NCBI GenBank assembly: GCA_913043225.1
Contig: CAJWLU010000018.1
Coordinates: 1-64,000, forward strand
Origin: an uncultured Acidobacteriota bacterium
Lineage (GTDB): Bacteria > Acidobacteriota > Vicinamibacteria > Vicinamibacterales > UBA8438
DNA: 64,000 bases
Direction: 5' to 3'
Shown: positions 41,025 to 51,375 of the stretch, piece after piece
Layout: each line of letters opens with the position of its first letter
How positions within the stretch are numbered: the first letter of the stretch is position 1
Notes under the pieces: model-generated
Database searches by the model: none
The model's input: only the letters and a program-made list of their open reading frames with translations
Told to the model about the DNA's origin: nothing
Translations under genes and position numbers: made by a program

Positions 41025-42433
41025 CCGGTCACCTCCCTCGGTCGACTTCGGGTCAGGATGCCGGCTATCACGGCGGCGCCCAGCGCACCACCAAGCCCGA
41101 TCATGGCTGGCGTGAAGCCCCCCACTCCGGCGCCGCCCACCCAGACCTGAACGACGGCCACCAGTGCGACGCCAGCGACGATCGAGGCGAGCGCTTCCGC
41201 CCGGCCGACCCGGCCGACGAAGAGTCCCACCACAATCGGCACGAAGAGACTGACAGCCAGCAACGTGTAGAAGATCCCGAGCGCGTCCACGATGGAACTA
41301 GAAAGGATGGCGAGCGCCGTCCCGGCGAGCCCGCCAGCGACGGCCGCGCGGCGCGCTACTTTCAGCACGGTCGCGTCGTCCGCCTTCGGATTAAGGAAGC
41401 GTTGGTAGAGATCACGCGAGAGCGAGGTCGCTAGCATAAAGAGAATCGCGTCGGCTGAGCTGATCTCGGCTGAGAAGATCGCAGCGAGCCCCAGCGCGCC
41501 CAGCAGCGGAGGCAGGGTGGCGACCAGCAGCGTCGGCAATGCAAAGTTCAGATCCTCATCGGCCAACCCTGGCGAGACGACTCGCGCCATCATTCCGAGT
41601 AGAGCCGGAGCGGCGGCGAATAGCAGCAGGGCTACGCCGTTGAGCCCGACTCCCAGCTGGACGGCCCGGTCATCGCGCGCTGCGTACACACGTTGGATGA
41701 TGCCGGGCGAGACGATGAAAGACGGACCCAGCATGGCGAGATAGAACCAGCCCGACTGGCCCCCCTGCCAGAGATTCCAGTAGCCCTCGATGTGCGAGGT
41801 GTCCGCCATCAGGGTGGAGAGCCCGCCCACCGAGTCGAGTATGAGCGGAAAGACCACCACGAAGCCCACCACCAGCACAACGAGTTGCACGGTATTGACC
41901 ATCACCGAGGTCAGCAGCCCCCCGGCGGTGAAGTAGATCGTCACGACCGCGCCGCCGATCAGTGACCCGACCCAGCGATCCAGGCCGCTGACGGCGCCCA
42001 AGACGAATCCCATCGCCATGATCTGGGCCGCGAGGATTGCCAGCGTGCCAATCCACAGCAGGAGCGCGACCGTCGCGCGCACCTGGCGTCCGTAGCGGAA
42101 CTCCAGAAAATCGCCGACCGTGTGGAGATCGTGGCTTGCCGCCAGCCGGCGGATGCGCGGACCGATCCAGAAAGCGAGGACTAGAGACCCGATCCCGGCC
42201 GAGCCGACCCACCAACTGGCCGCGAGGCCGTCGCGATAACCCAGCCCGGCGGCGCCCACCGTCGATCCTGCGCCGATATTGATCGCCAGCAGCGTGGCGC
42301 ACATCAGGCCGGGGCCAAGGCGTCGTCCCGCCACGAAGAAGTCCTTCGAGCCGCCCACCGCCCGCCCGGACCACAGGCCGACGGCCATGAGAAGGCCGGT
42401 GTAGACGACGAGAACTGCGAGGTAGAGGTTCAC
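41021..42433 (-). CDS. Sodium:solute symporter family protein
   Basis: DFFVAGR, NIGAGSTVG, TVGDFLE.RY, GGL, A.FSA.ISSAD; GTGA overlap with upstream gene. Confidence 0.92.
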   Translation of the reverse strand: MNLYLAVLVVYTGLLMAVGLWSGRAVGGSKDFFVAGRRLGPGLMCATLLAINIGAGSTVGAAGLGYRDGLAASWWVGSAGIGSLVLAFWIGPRIRRLAASHDLHTVGDFLEFRYGRQVRATVALLLWIGTLAILAAQIMAMGFVLGAVSGLDRWVGSLIGGAVVTIYFTAGGLLTSVMVNTVQLVVLVVGFVVVFPLILDSVGGLSTLMADTSHIEGYWNLWQGGQSGWFYLAMLGPSFIVSPGIIQRVYAARDDRAVQLGVGLNGVALLLFAAAPALLGMMARVVSPGLADEDLNFALPTLLVATLPPLLGALGLAAIFSAEISSADAILFMLATSLSRDLYQRFLNPKADDATVLKVARRAAVAGGLAGTALAILSSSIVDALGIFYTLLAVSLFVPIVVGLFVGRVGRAEALASIVAGVALVAVVQVWVGGAGVGGFTPAMIGLGGALGAAVIAGILTRSRPREVTG

Positions 42434-43476
42434 TGGTCCGCCGGGAGGTCCCGGGCGGCCGGGTAGCCGGGGATGCCGACCGCAGCGCGGACGGCTCGGA
42501 CGATCGCCTCGGCCATCACGTCGGCGGCGAGCGCGCCAACGACGGCAAGGCTTGGCGGCGGGCTGCCGGTGCCGGTCGCCAAGGTGAAGATGGCGTCCCC
42601 GTCACTTGGCGTGTGAGCCGGCACGATGGCGCGCGCGAAGCCGTCATGCGCCATCTGAGCAACCACCGTGGCCTCGGCCTGGGTCAGCACCGCGTTAGTG
42701 GCCACGATGCCGATGGTCGTGTTCTCGCCGCGAACGCCCGGCTGCTCGGCGCCGGCCCGGAGCAGGACGCGAGCGTCGGCTAGGCCTTGGCCGTCCTCGG
42801 TCCGCACGCCGGCGACTACCTCGCCGGTCGACGGGTCGACTACGTCGCCGACGGCGTTGACCGCGACCAGCGCGGCGACCACGAGACCGTTCGGCAATTC
42901 CAGGGCTGCCGACCCGAGGCCACCTTTCATGGCCCGGCCGGCCCCACCGATCTTGCCGACGGTCGCGCCGGCGCCCGCCCCGACGTTGCCTTCCGGCACC
43001 GGGTCGGTCGATGCGGCCTCAGCGGCGAGGTAGCCGCACTCGGCGGTCGGGCGCACGGTCGGGTCGTCGCCGATCCCGAGATCGAACAGGATCGCGGCCG
43101 GCACGATCGGGACCCGGGCGACCCGCGTCTGGTAGCCGATGTTCCGCTCGGCGAGGTAGCGGACCACGCCGCTGGCCGCATCCAACCCGAAGGCGCTCCC
43201 GCCGGCCAGCACGATGCCGTGGACCTGCTGCACGCTTCTGGCTGGGTCGAGCAGATCCGTCTCCCGGGTGCCGGGTGCCCCGCCCCGCACGTCGACCCCG
43301 GCGACCGCTCCGGCCTCGGCCAAGACCACCGTGCAGCCGGTGGGTCGAGCTGAGAGTGTGTGGTGTCCGACCTTCAGGCCGTTAACGGCGGTCAAATCTG
43401 GACTTTGTGCGAGTGTGGGAAGTGCGGTCATGAGGAAGGCGACAGAGCAGAGCGGAGCCGCGACCTGGGTCAGCAT
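42430..43476 (-). CDS. P1/S58 (DmpA-like) peptidase
   Basis: TGCTV, VRGGAPGTRETDLL, GGSAFGL, GAGAGA, ENTTIG, PAHT..DGD. Confidence 0.9.
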   Translation of the reverse strand: MLTQVAAPLCSVAFLMTALPTLAQSPDLTAVNGLKVGHHTLSARPTGCTVVLAEAGAVAGVDVRGGAPGTRETDLLDPARSVQQVHGIVLAGGSAFGLDAASGVVRYLAERNIGYQTRVARVPIVPAAILFDLGIGDDPTVRPTAECGYLAAEAASTDPVPEGNVGAGAGATVGKIGGAGRAMKGGLGSAALELPNGLVVAALVAVNAVGDVVDPSTGEVVAGVRTEDGQGLADARVLLRAGAEQPGVRGENTTIGIVATNAVLTQAEATVVAQMAHDGFARAIVPAHTPSDGDAIFTLATGTGSPPPSLAVVGALAADVMAEAIVRAVRAAVGIPGYPAARDLPADQ

Positions 43477-43617
43477 GGGACTAGTCGGATGATAGCGGAA
43501 TCCCAGGGAACCTGGGAACGATGCCGGGTTTAGGGGCGACGGGCGATGTAGAGAGGGTTGTCGGAGAGCGCCTGTAGGAACAGCTCCGCCACCGGTCCTG
43601 GGTAATGGACCGCTGTG

Positions 43618-43694
43618 AACGGCCACCGCCCATGGTGACTGTAGGCAAAGCCGGCGTCGACAAGACCAAGCTTGGCGCCGTGGCGGTGGCCGTT
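43618..43694. repeat. Perfect 13-bp inverted repeat enclosing an inner stem
   Basis: AACGGCCACCGCC (43618-43630) / GGCGGTGGCCGTT (43682-43694). Confidence 0.9.
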
Positions 43695-43700
43695 GCTTTT

Positions 43701-43744
43701 GAGGACCCGGCGGGTCGGGTCCCGGTCGGACCCGCCGGGTCCTC
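43701..43744. repeat. Perfect 16-bp inverted repeat, 12-nt loop
   Basis: GAGGACCCGGCGGGTC (43701-43716) / GACCCGCCGGGTCCTC (43729-43744). Confidence 0.95.
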
Positions 43745-43840
43745 CCGAGTAGATCTAGTTGTCGTCACACTACCAGCAGACTACACTTAAGAGCTTCGGT
43801 CTTGGCTAAAGAGAGGCCGCGGCCTTCACGAAAGGCAGTC

Positions 43841-45346
43841 GTGCGGGTACACATCGTCAACCCTAGTCACTTTTCCTTCGGGACCGGACTCATCACTACG
43901 CGCTGGCTCTACGTCCTCGCGGCGGCGACCCCAGCCAAGTGGGGCGACCCGATCCTGACCGACGAAATCCTCGAGCCGTTCGATCCCGACACGCTCGAGC
44001 CGGGTGATGTTGTCGGCATCGGCATCCATACCGGCAATGCGCTCGTCGGTTACGCCCTTGGCCTCAAGGCGCGCGAGCGTGGAGCGTGGGTGATCTACGG
44101 CGGGATTCACGCCACGCTTTACCCCGACGAAGCACACGAACGGGGCGGCGCGCATGCCGTGGTTAAGGGCGATGGCGACATCGCCTGGGGGATGGCGATC
44201 GAGGACTGCGACAGAGGAGCTCCCGAGCGGGTCTATGAGGGCGGTCAGGTCGCGGCTGGCAAGTTTCGGCCGGCGCGGTGGGACCTGCTGAAGAAAGACC
44301 GGCATTTGTGGGCCTCGGTGCAGACCGTCCGAGGTTGTCCGAAGCACTGCTCGTTCTGTTCGGTCTGGCGGACTGATGGGCAGGAGCCCCGCCAACGCGG
44401 CGTGGATCCGGTTATCGAGGAGATTGTCGAGCTCAGGCGCATGGGCTTCCGTTTTATCGCGCTGGCCGACGACAACTTCTATCCGGTCACCCTGAACGAC
44501 CTCAAGATGGCGGACCGCCGCGAGGACAAGACCAACTACAACGAACTGAAGCAGCTCCGAGACGAGCGGTTCGAGCTGATGGAGCAGATGGCCAAGCTCC
44601 CTGACGATCTGGTGTTCTTCACCCAGATCACCATGGAAGCGGCCGAGGACGAAGAGTTCCTGGCGGCCATGAAGCGTGCCCACATTATGGGCGCACTGGT
44701 CGGTGTGGAGTCGGTCACGCCCGAAGGGCTCAAGGACGTCTACAAGGACTTCAACCTCGCGGGCGAGGAGCTGGTCGAGCGCCTGAAGCTCTTCAAGAAG
44801 AACGGCGTCCACATCCTAGCCTCGTTTATCTTCGGACTTCCGAGCGACAGACCGAGCACCTTTGTCGCCACCGCGGATCTCGCTAAGCGCGCCGACATCA
44901 CCTTCGCGCAGTTCATGACCCTGACCCCGTTCCCTGGGACATTGGATTTCGACCAGTGGGAGCGGGAGAACGCCGAGAGCATGCCGACCGTGGACGGCAT
45001 TCCCTACTCGCGGCATTGGCTCATCCCGCAGTCGAAGCGTCCCAAGTTATTGACGGAGCATCCCGCGATGTCGTCGGAGGAGATCCGCCAGCGAACGCTG
45101 TCGGTCTGGTATGACTTCTACAGCCTCAAGGCGTCCTGGCAGCGTTCGAACGTCGTCAAGTCGCTGAAGTCGCGTATCGCCTTCGTGCTGATCTCGAAGC
45201 TCTATCCGCAGATGTTCGCTAACACTGGCCTGGCGACCGATAGTGCTCGAGTGAGCCGCTCGACCGATTTGGCTCGGATGCTGCTGAGGGCGCTGCAACG
45301 GTTCTTCTCGGCGCCTCCCATGCCCGGCCTTCGCGTGCCGAATTAG
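43841..45346 (+). CDS. B12-binding-domain radical SAM protein
   Basis: N-terminal VVGIG...YGGIHATL.P.E domain; RGCPKHCSFC; DDNF, GVES, FIFGLP.D, TPFPGT; start GTG 43841 or TTG 43802. Confidence 0.9.
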   Translation: MRVHIVNPSHFSFGTGLITTRWLYVLAAATPAKWGDPILTDEILEPFDPDTLEPGDVVGIGIHTGNALVGYALGLKARERGAWVIYGGIHATLYPDEAHERGGAHAVVKGDGDIAWGMAIEDCDRGAPERVYEGGQVAAGKFRPARWDLLKKDRHLWASVQTVRGCPKHCSFCSVWRTDGQEPRQRGVDPVIEEIVELRRMGFRFIALADDNFYPVTLNDLKMADRREDKTNYNELKQLRDERFELMEQMAKLPDDLVFFTQITMEAAEDEEFLAAMKRAHIMGALVGVESVTPEGLKDVYKDFNLAGEELVERLKLFKKNGVHILASFIFGLPSDRPSTFVATADLAKRADITFAQFMTLTPFPGTLDFDQWERENAESMPTVDGIPYSRHWLIPQSKRPKLLTEHPAMSSEEIRQRTLSVWYDFYSLKASWQRSNVVKSLKSRIAFVLISKLYPQMFANTGLATDSARVSRSTDLARMLLRALQRFFSAPPMPGLRVPN

Positions 45347-45449
45347 CCACGTTCCATCGTTCGTGCCGGCCGCCGTCTCTCGGGGCGGACCCTGGTGTAT
45401 CGCGGGAGGCGACGTGTGACTGACCACGGACTCAGGGAGGATTCTGCCG

Positions 45450-48074
45450 ATGCGATCCGTCAGACATTCGTTGCTTCCGGTCTGGGTACCGCTGTGCGTC
45501 TGGGCCTGGGTCTCCGTGGCACCGGCGATGGCGCGGCCGCAGCCGCCCGATGAGGTGCCCGCATCCGAGGAAGGCGACGGCGCTGGGGCTGAAGCGACGG
45601 AAGGTGAAGGTGAGGGCGAGGCGGAGGGCGGTCTCAAACCCTACGACGAGGTCATCACCGACGAGGCGGAAACCGACGAGGGCGTGTTCCTCGTGCACCA
45701 TCTCGACGACAAGGTCTACTACGAGATTCCGACCGAAGAACTCGGCCGCGAGTTTCTGTGGGTCAGCCAAATCGCTCGCACGACCGAGGGCGTCGGCTAT
45801 GGGGGACAGGCCCTTGGTAGTCGCGTCGTCACGTGGGAGCGTCGAGGCGACCGCGTCCTGCTCAAGAGCATCTCGTACGCGATCGTGGCTGACGAGGACC
45901 GCCCCATTGCCCAAGCCGTGGCCTCGGCCAACAACGACACGATTCTGAAGGCGTTCGATGTCGCTACCGAGTCCGATTCGGGCGCGCCGGTGATCGACGT
46001 CACCGATCTGTTCGAGACGGAGGTGCCGGAGTTCAGCGCGCGGTCGCGTCTCCAGGCCCGCGGGTTCGCCAGGGATCGTTCGTTCGTCGAACAGGTGCTG
46101 GCGTTTCCGACCAACATCGAGGTGCGCACCACGCACACCTACACCTTACCGCCGCCCACCGGTTCGCCGAGTAGGCCGTCACAAGGCCGTCGCGGCATGC
46201 GGCCGGGCAGTGCGACCGTGCTGCTGCACTACAGCATGGTGAAGCTGCCCGAGGAGCCGATGCAGCCTCGACTGTTCGACGACCGGGTGGGCTACTTCTC
46301 GGTGCGCCAGATCGACTACGGCCGCGACGAACACCGGTCTCCGCAACGTCGCTACATCACCCGGTGGCGGCTCGAGAAACAGAACCCGCAGGCCGACGTT
46401 TCCGATCCAGTGGCACCCATTACCTACTGGATCGATCCAGCGACGCCCGCCAGGTGGGTGCCGTACATGAAGAAGGGTGTTGAGGCATGGCAGCCGGCCT
46501 TCGAGGAGGCTGGCTTCTCCAATGCCGTCATTGCACGGGAGGCGCCAGATCCGGACGAGGACCCGGAATGGCACCCGGAGGATGCGCGCTATTCGGTGAT
46601 GCGGTGGCTGCCCTCGACGGTGGAGAACGCCTCAGGGCCGCACGTGCACGACCCCCGCACGGGCGAGATCCTGGAAACCGACATCCAGTTCCATCACAAC
46701 GTGATGAACCTGGTGCGCGATTGGTACTTCATCCAGGTGGCCCCGCTCGACCCGCGCGCTCAGCAGCTACCGCTGCCCGACGAGCTGATGGGCGAGCTGC
46801 TGGCGTACGTGGTTGCCCATGAGGTCGGGCACACCCTGGGATTCCAGCACAACATGAAGGCCAGCTCGCTCTACCCCCCGGAGAACCTCCGGGATCCCGA
46901 GTGGGTCGCGAGCATGAGCCACACCCCGACGCTGATGGACTACGCGCGGTTTAACTACGTGGCGCAGCCTGAGGACGGGATCGCGGTCGAGGACCTTATC
47001 CCCAAGATCGGCCCCTATGATCACTGGGCTACGGTGTGGGGCTACCAGCCGATACCTGGCGCCGATTCACCAGACGCCGAGAAGGAGACGCTGGACGCCT
47101 GGGCCCGCGAACAGGACGACACTCCCTGGTATCGCTTCAATACCGCTGGGTCGCAGGGCGCGGATCCCGGGCAGCTGACTGAGGCGGTGGGCGATGCCGA
47201 TGCCGTGCAGTCAACCGCGCTCGGCGTCAGGAATATCGAGCGGGTGGCGGCGATGCTCCTTGACGCGACGCATGTGCCGGGCGATCCGTATGACGATCTC
47301 GACGGGCTGTATGGCCGGCTGGTGGGGCAGTGGGCCACCGAGATGAACCACGTCGCGGCCATCGTCGGCGGATTCAGCTCTCAGCAGAAGCACATCGGAC
47401 AGGACGGCGTGCGCTTCACGCCGATTCCGCGTGAGATCCAGGCCGAGGCCGTCGCCTTCCTCAACGACCAGGCGTTTGCTACGCCGATGTTCCTGATCGA
47501 CAAGGAGTTACTACGCCGGATCGAGCCGGTCGGTGCCCTTGAGCGGCTCAGGTCCGGCCAGGCGCGGGTGCTTCGGACGCTTCTCAGCGGGACGCGCGTC
47601 GAGCGTCTGGTCGAGCAGGAAGCGCTCGACGGCGATCAGGCCTATCCGGCCACGACCTTCCTGGCTGACCTGCGGACGGGACTGTGGCGCGAGTTGTCAG
47701 ACGACGAGGTGCGGATCGACGCGTATCGTCGAAACGTGCAGCGCGTCTACCTGGACCAGGTCGAGGGGCAGCTCGGCTCAGGAGAGACAGGCGACGCACG
47801 GTCGTTCTTTCGAGGCGAGCTGCGGGCGCTCGACCGGGCGGTGGCAGCGGGCCTGCCGCAGGTCGTCGATCGGGCCACGCGGCTCCACCTGGAAGACGTC
47901 CGAGATCGAGTGGCGCACACCCTCGATCCCGCCTGGACGGCCGATCAGGAAGGCGGCCGCAGGGTGGCCGGCTTCACGGCGCTCGACGGGTTGGTAAATC
48001 CGTGGCAGCTACTTGGCGCCGAGTACCACGAGGCGTGCTGGCGGGACCATGGAATCACGCTCGATCGCCCTTGA
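45450..48074 (+). CDS. Exported Zn metalloprotease (DUF5117/DUF5118, EcxA-like)
   Basis: Signal peptide; [35 protein letters not shown] Met-turn. Confidence 0.9.
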   Translation: MRSVRHSLLPVWVPLCVWAWVSVAPAMARPQPPDEVPASEEGDGAGAEATEGEGEGEAEGGLKPYDEVITDEAETDEGVFLVHHLDDKVYYEIPTEELGREFLWVSQIARTTEGVGYGGQALGSRVVTWERRGDRVLLKSISYAIVADEDRPIAQAVASANNDTILKAFDVATESDSGAPVIDVTDLFETEVPEFSARSRLQARGFARDRSFVEQVLAFPTNIEVRTTHTYTLPPPTGSPSRPSQGRRGMRPGSATVLLHYSMVKLPEEPMQPRLFDDRVGYFSVRQIDYGRDEHRSPQRRYITRWRLEKQNPQADVSDPVAPITYWIDPATPARWVPYMKKGVEAWQPAFEEAGFSNAVIAREAPDPDEDPEWHPEDARYSVMRWLPSTVENASGPHVHDPRTGEILETDIQFHHNVMNLVRDWYFIQVAPLDPRAQQLPLPDELMGELLAYVVAHEVGHTLGFQHNMKASSLYPPENLRDPEWVASMSHTPTLMDYARFNYVAQPEDGIAVEDLIPKIGPYDHWATVWGYQPIPGADSPDAEKETLDAWAREQDDTPWYRFNTAGSQGADPGQLTEAVGDADAVQSTALGVRNIERVAAMLLDATHVPGDPYDDLDGLYGRLVGQWATEMNHVAAIVGGFSSQQKHIGQDGVRFTPIPREIQAEAVAFLNDQAFATPMFLIDKELLRRIEPVGALERLRSGQARVLRTLLSGTRVERLVEQEALDGDQAYPATTFLADLRTGLWRELSDDEVRIDAYRRNVQRVYLDQVEGQLGSGETGDARSFFRGELRALDRAVAAGLPQVVDRATRLHLEDVRDRVAHTLDPAWTADQEGGRRVAGFTALDGLVNPWQLLGAEYHEACWRDHGITLDRP

Positions 48075-48128
48075 GAGACAAGGCCGACGATCGACTGGTT
48101 GGCGAACCAGGAAATCCGGTTCACGCTG

Positions 48129-49379
48129 CTAGTTGTGTCGCTCAGTGGTTGTCGCTGTTGATTCACGCCGAAACAGACGTCCGAGCAGCGCGAGCGAGAC
48201 CGCGAATAGCACTGAGCCAAGGAAGAAGGGGGCGCCGGGAAGCTCGAACGGCGCCAACTCAGAGGTGAAGAAGCCGAAGAGCACACTAGTGAAGATGAGG
48301 GGCGAGAGGATACTGGTGAGGCTCGTGACGGAGGTAAGCGCTCCCTGAACCTTGCCCTGATCCGAGGGACCGACCGAGCCCGCGACCAGGCTCTGGATGG
48401 CGGGTTGGGTCAGCCCGGAGAGCGAACCGATGACGATGATGACCAGTACCATCCAACCCTCCGACGCGGCGCCGTAGCCGAAGAACGCGATGATGGCCAC
48501 CACCAGCCCGATGGTGATGGTTCGGCGCTCGCCGAAGCGCGCGACGACAGGGCGCACGAGGCGGCCTTGCACCACCACTGCCATGACCCCCACCAACGCC
48601 AGCGTCAGGCCGTTCGTCTGTTCGTCCCACCCGTAGCGATAGCCGGTATAGAGCACCCAGACATTCTCGAGGCCGCGTTGCGCCAATGCGGCGAAGAGAT
48701 ACACCACCGCGAGCCCGCCGACCAACGGGTAGTTTTGTAGCCGAAGTAGGTTCGTCAGGGGATTAAGCTTCCAGGCGATCGTCTTGTTGCGGTGCTCCGG
48801 GGCGAGTGACTCGGGCAAAACGAAGAACCCGTAGAGCCAGTTGATCAGGGCGAGCGCCGCCGCCACGTAGAACGGTAAGCGCAGATTGATGCCACCAAGC
48901 AGGCCTCCGAGCGCCGGTCCGAAGATGAAACCCAGTCCGAACGCTACCCCGACGAAGCCGTAGTTCCTCGCCCTTGTTTCTGGGGTTGAGACGTCGGCGA
49001 TGTAAGCGTTCGCAGTGGTGATGCTGGCGCCCGTGATGCCCGCGAAGAGCCGGCCGGCAAAGAGCCAGCCGATCGTTGGGGCCCAGGCTTGAATCAGATA
49101 GTCGGTACCCAGACCGAAGAGCGACACCAGAATGACCGGCCGTCGGCCAAAGCGGTCTGAGAGCGCTCCAAGGATGGGGGCACACAAAAACTGCATGCAC
49201 GCGTAGGAGGCAATGATGACGCCGTAGTAGCGGCCGGCCCGGGTGATATTCCCCCCGACGAACTCCTTGATGAGTTCTGGAAGGATCGGGATGATGATGC
49301 CGATTCCGAGAATGTCGATGAAAAGCGTGACGAAGATGAATACCATCCCCGCCTGTCGCTCGCGTTGTCCGAATGCCAT
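48129..49379 (-). CDS. TCR/Tet-family MFS transporter
   Basis: GALSDRFGRRPV motif A, GR.FAGITGA, AYIAD, GF..GPALGG, PGAPF. Confidence 0.92.
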   Translation of the reverse strand: MAFGQRERQAGMVFIFVTLFIDILGIGIIIPILPELIKEFVGGNITRAGRYYGVIIASYACMQFLCAPILGALSDRFGRRPVILVSLFGLGTDYLIQAWAPTIGWLFAGRLFAGITGASITTANAYIADVSTPETRARNYGFVGVAFGLGFIFGPALGGLLGGINLRLPFYVAAALALINWLYGFFVLPESLAPEHRNKTIAWKLNPLTNLLRLQNYPLVGGLAVVYLFAALAQRGLENVWVLYTGYRYGWDEQTNGLTLALVGVMAVVVQGRLVRPVVARFGERRTITIGLVVAIIAFFGYGAASEGWMVLVIIVIGSLSGLTQPAIQSLVAGSVGPSDQGKVQGALTSVTSLTSILSPLIFTSVLFGFFTSELAPFELPGAPFFLGSVLFAVSLALLGRLFRRESTATTTERHN

Positions 49380-49472
49380 GCTCGTCGCCGCCGACCGCGT
49401 TTGAGTGCGCTCCCGCCGGCCTGCGAATCCGTCAGTATCGCACGGACCGGTTCTCATATCCGGCCGTCGAGC

Positions 49473-50954
49473 TCAAGACGAGGCAGTGGAATTGGTAGCT
49501 TGATCGTCGAGCGGGACAATCGAGATCTGCGCCCAGCCGTAGATCGCGGCAACGAGGGGATTGAGAAGATTAAAGAAGCAGAAGGGGGCATAGCTCAGCG
49601 TGGCAACCCCCAGGGTGGTGGCCATGTAGGCGCCGCAGGTATTCCAGGGAATCAGGACCGAGGTAATGGTCCCGGCGTCCTCCAGCGTCCGGGAGAGGTG
49701 CTTTGGGTCGAGGCGGCGCTGCTGATACTCAGCGCGAAACATCCGCCCCGGAAGCACGATAGACATGTACTGATCGGACGCGATTACGTTGGTGCCGAAG
49801 GCGGTGAGAAGCGTCGCCGAGATGAGGCTGCTCGTGCCGCGGACGGCGCTTAGGATGCGTGCGGCGATGATGCCAAGCTGCCCCGTGCTTTCCATGACGC
49901 CGCCGAACATCATGGCGGTCATGATCAACCAGAGCGTTGGCAGCATGCTGGCCATCCCGCCTCGACTGAGAAGATCGTCGAGCGCGGCGTTCCCCGATTG
50001 CAGTACGAACCCGTTGAACAAAGCCGTCCAGCAGCCTTTCACCAGCGCCACCGGCTCGGAGAGCGACGGGTCGTCGACATAGGCGAGCACCGTTTGTGGC
50101 TGGAACAGCGCCGCGAAGACGGCCCCGGTTAGCGCACCCATTAGTAACGCCGGAAACGGTGGCATTCTCCGAACCACGAGAATGAGCACCAGCGCCACTG
50201 GCAGCAGTAAATGCGGGCCGATGACGAACTGGCTTTCTAGCGCGGCAATCATCGTTGCGAGCTCGTCGGTCGTGGTCGGGGTGGGGGCGACCACGCCGGC
50301 CGCTGCAAAGAGTGTCACCGCGATAAGGATGCTGGGTGTGGTGGTCCACAGCATGTGACGGATGTGAGTGAATAGGTCGGTGCCCGCGACCGCAGCCGCG
50401 AGATTTGTGGTGTCTGACAGGGCCGACATCTTGTCGCCGAAGTAAGCGCCAGAGATGATGGCTCCGGCCGCCAGACCAAGGTGCAGTCCCTGCGCCGTCG
50501 CCACCCCGATCAATGCGATGCCGATAGTGCCGGCCGTAGTCCACGAGCTACCGGTTGCAACTGAGACCAGCGCGCAGATGACGCAGGCGGCCGCGTAGAA
50601 GAAGGATGGATGTAGCAGGGACAGGCCGTAGTAGATCATCGTCGGCACGATCCCCGCCAGGATCCAGGTGCCGATGAGCGCGCCCACGGCAAGTAGAATC
50701 AGTAGCGCCCCCATCGTGGTCGAGACGCCCCGGGCTATGCCCTGTTCGATGGCGCGCCAGCTGTGTCCGTTCCGCAGGCCCACCAACGCGGCGACGCCAG
50801 AAGCCAGAATGAGCGCGATCTGATTCGGACCGCTCGACGAGCCGTCACCGTAGAGCCAGACCGACGCCGCCAGCAGGGCGACGAGAAAGACCACTGGCGT
50901 CATCGCCTCGATGAGCGTGGGAGTGCGTTCTGATGCGGCCGGGGCCTGGGACAT
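49473..50954 (-). CDS. nhaC: NhaC-family Na+/H+ antiporter
   Basis: GSSWTTAGTIG, SGAYFGDK.S.LSDTT.LA, SRGG..SM, LSR.LED.GT, PWN.CG. Confidence 0.9.
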   Translation of the reverse strand: MSQAPAASERTPTLIEAMTPVVFLVALLAASVWLYGDGSSSGPNQIALILASGVAALVGLRNGHSWRAIEQGIARGVSTTMGALLILLAVGALIGTWILAGIVPTMIYYGLSLLHPSFFYAAACVICALVSVATGSSWTTAGTIGIALIGVATAQGLHLGLAAGAIISGAYFGDKMSALSDTTNLAAAVAGTDLFTHIRHMLWTTTPSILIAVTLFAAAGVVAPTPTTTDELATMIAALESQFVIGPHLLLPVALVLILVVRRMPPFPALLMGALTGAVFAALFQPQTVLAYVDDPSLSEPVALVKGCWTALFNGFVLQSGNAALDDLLSRGGMASMLPTLWLIMTAMMFGGVMESTGQLGIIAARILSAVRGTSSLISATLLTAFGTNVIASDQYMSIVLPGRMFRAEYQQRRLDPKHLSRTLEDAGTITSVLIPWNTCGAYMATTLGVATLSYAPFCFFNLLNPLVAAIYGWAQISIVPLDDQATNSTASS

Positions 50955-50974
50955 TTGACGCGGGTCCGTCGCCG

Positions 50975-51301
50975 TCAGTGGCGCAGCTCTACCTCGCTCA
51001 GTCTGACAATGCCGGTGCGAATGGACAGATTGCGTCCGGCGGGCATCAGGTTACGAGAGTTGAGTGCCGGTTCCATAATGACCTACTCGGTCTGTGCTTC
51101 GTCGGCCGTGACGGTGCACGAACCTGGTGACAGTTGAATGTCGAGCCTGACGTTTTCGCGCACGCTGTACAGCGGCAGTGGTTCCAGATTTCAGACCACT
51201 GCATTGAGGTCGAGCACTGTCGGGCTGTGCGGCTGCTTGCGGCCGAATGCCAGAAGCTGCTCGGTCAGCGCCGCTCGGAACGGCCCTCGTAGCCGATTCC
51301 T
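50975..51301 (-). pseudogene. Decayed CckA-like sensor histidine kinase (HisKA-HATPase junction)
   Basis: RAALTEQLLAFGRKQ...VLDLNAVV*NLE...VRLDIQLSP...VTADEAQTE*VIM...NSRNLMPAG.NLSIRT; stops at 51191 and 51083. Confidence 0.8.
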
Positions 51302-51358
51302 TCCGAGCGAGTTGGCACCGAGATCCAGGCCCAATATGCGTTGCGGTGTCGTTGGCAT
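51302..51358 (-). pseudogene. Cas9-like N-terminal stub (RuvC-I motif), 19 codons
   Basis: GAGGG RBS, then MPTTPQRILGLDLGANSLG matching the Cas9 start ILGLD(L/I)GxNSxG; abuts the kinase remnant. Confidence 0.55.
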
Positions 51359-51375
51359 CAGTCTTAACCCTCGAA

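Noticed and set aside
43560..43700. Glycine or cobalamin riboswitch
   Set aside because: Only isolated words (GGAGAG, GGACCG, ACTGTA) match; core elements such as GCCGAAGG, CTCAGG, GGGAA and GCCACTG are absent in the needed order
48129..49379. Acquired tetracycline resistance gene
   Set aside because: Generic Tet-like MFS with host-like composition; no tetR or mobile context
51191..51193. Second selenocysteine UGA
   Set aside because: Lies in a decayed kinase at a non-Cys position, with another stop downstream and no redox motif
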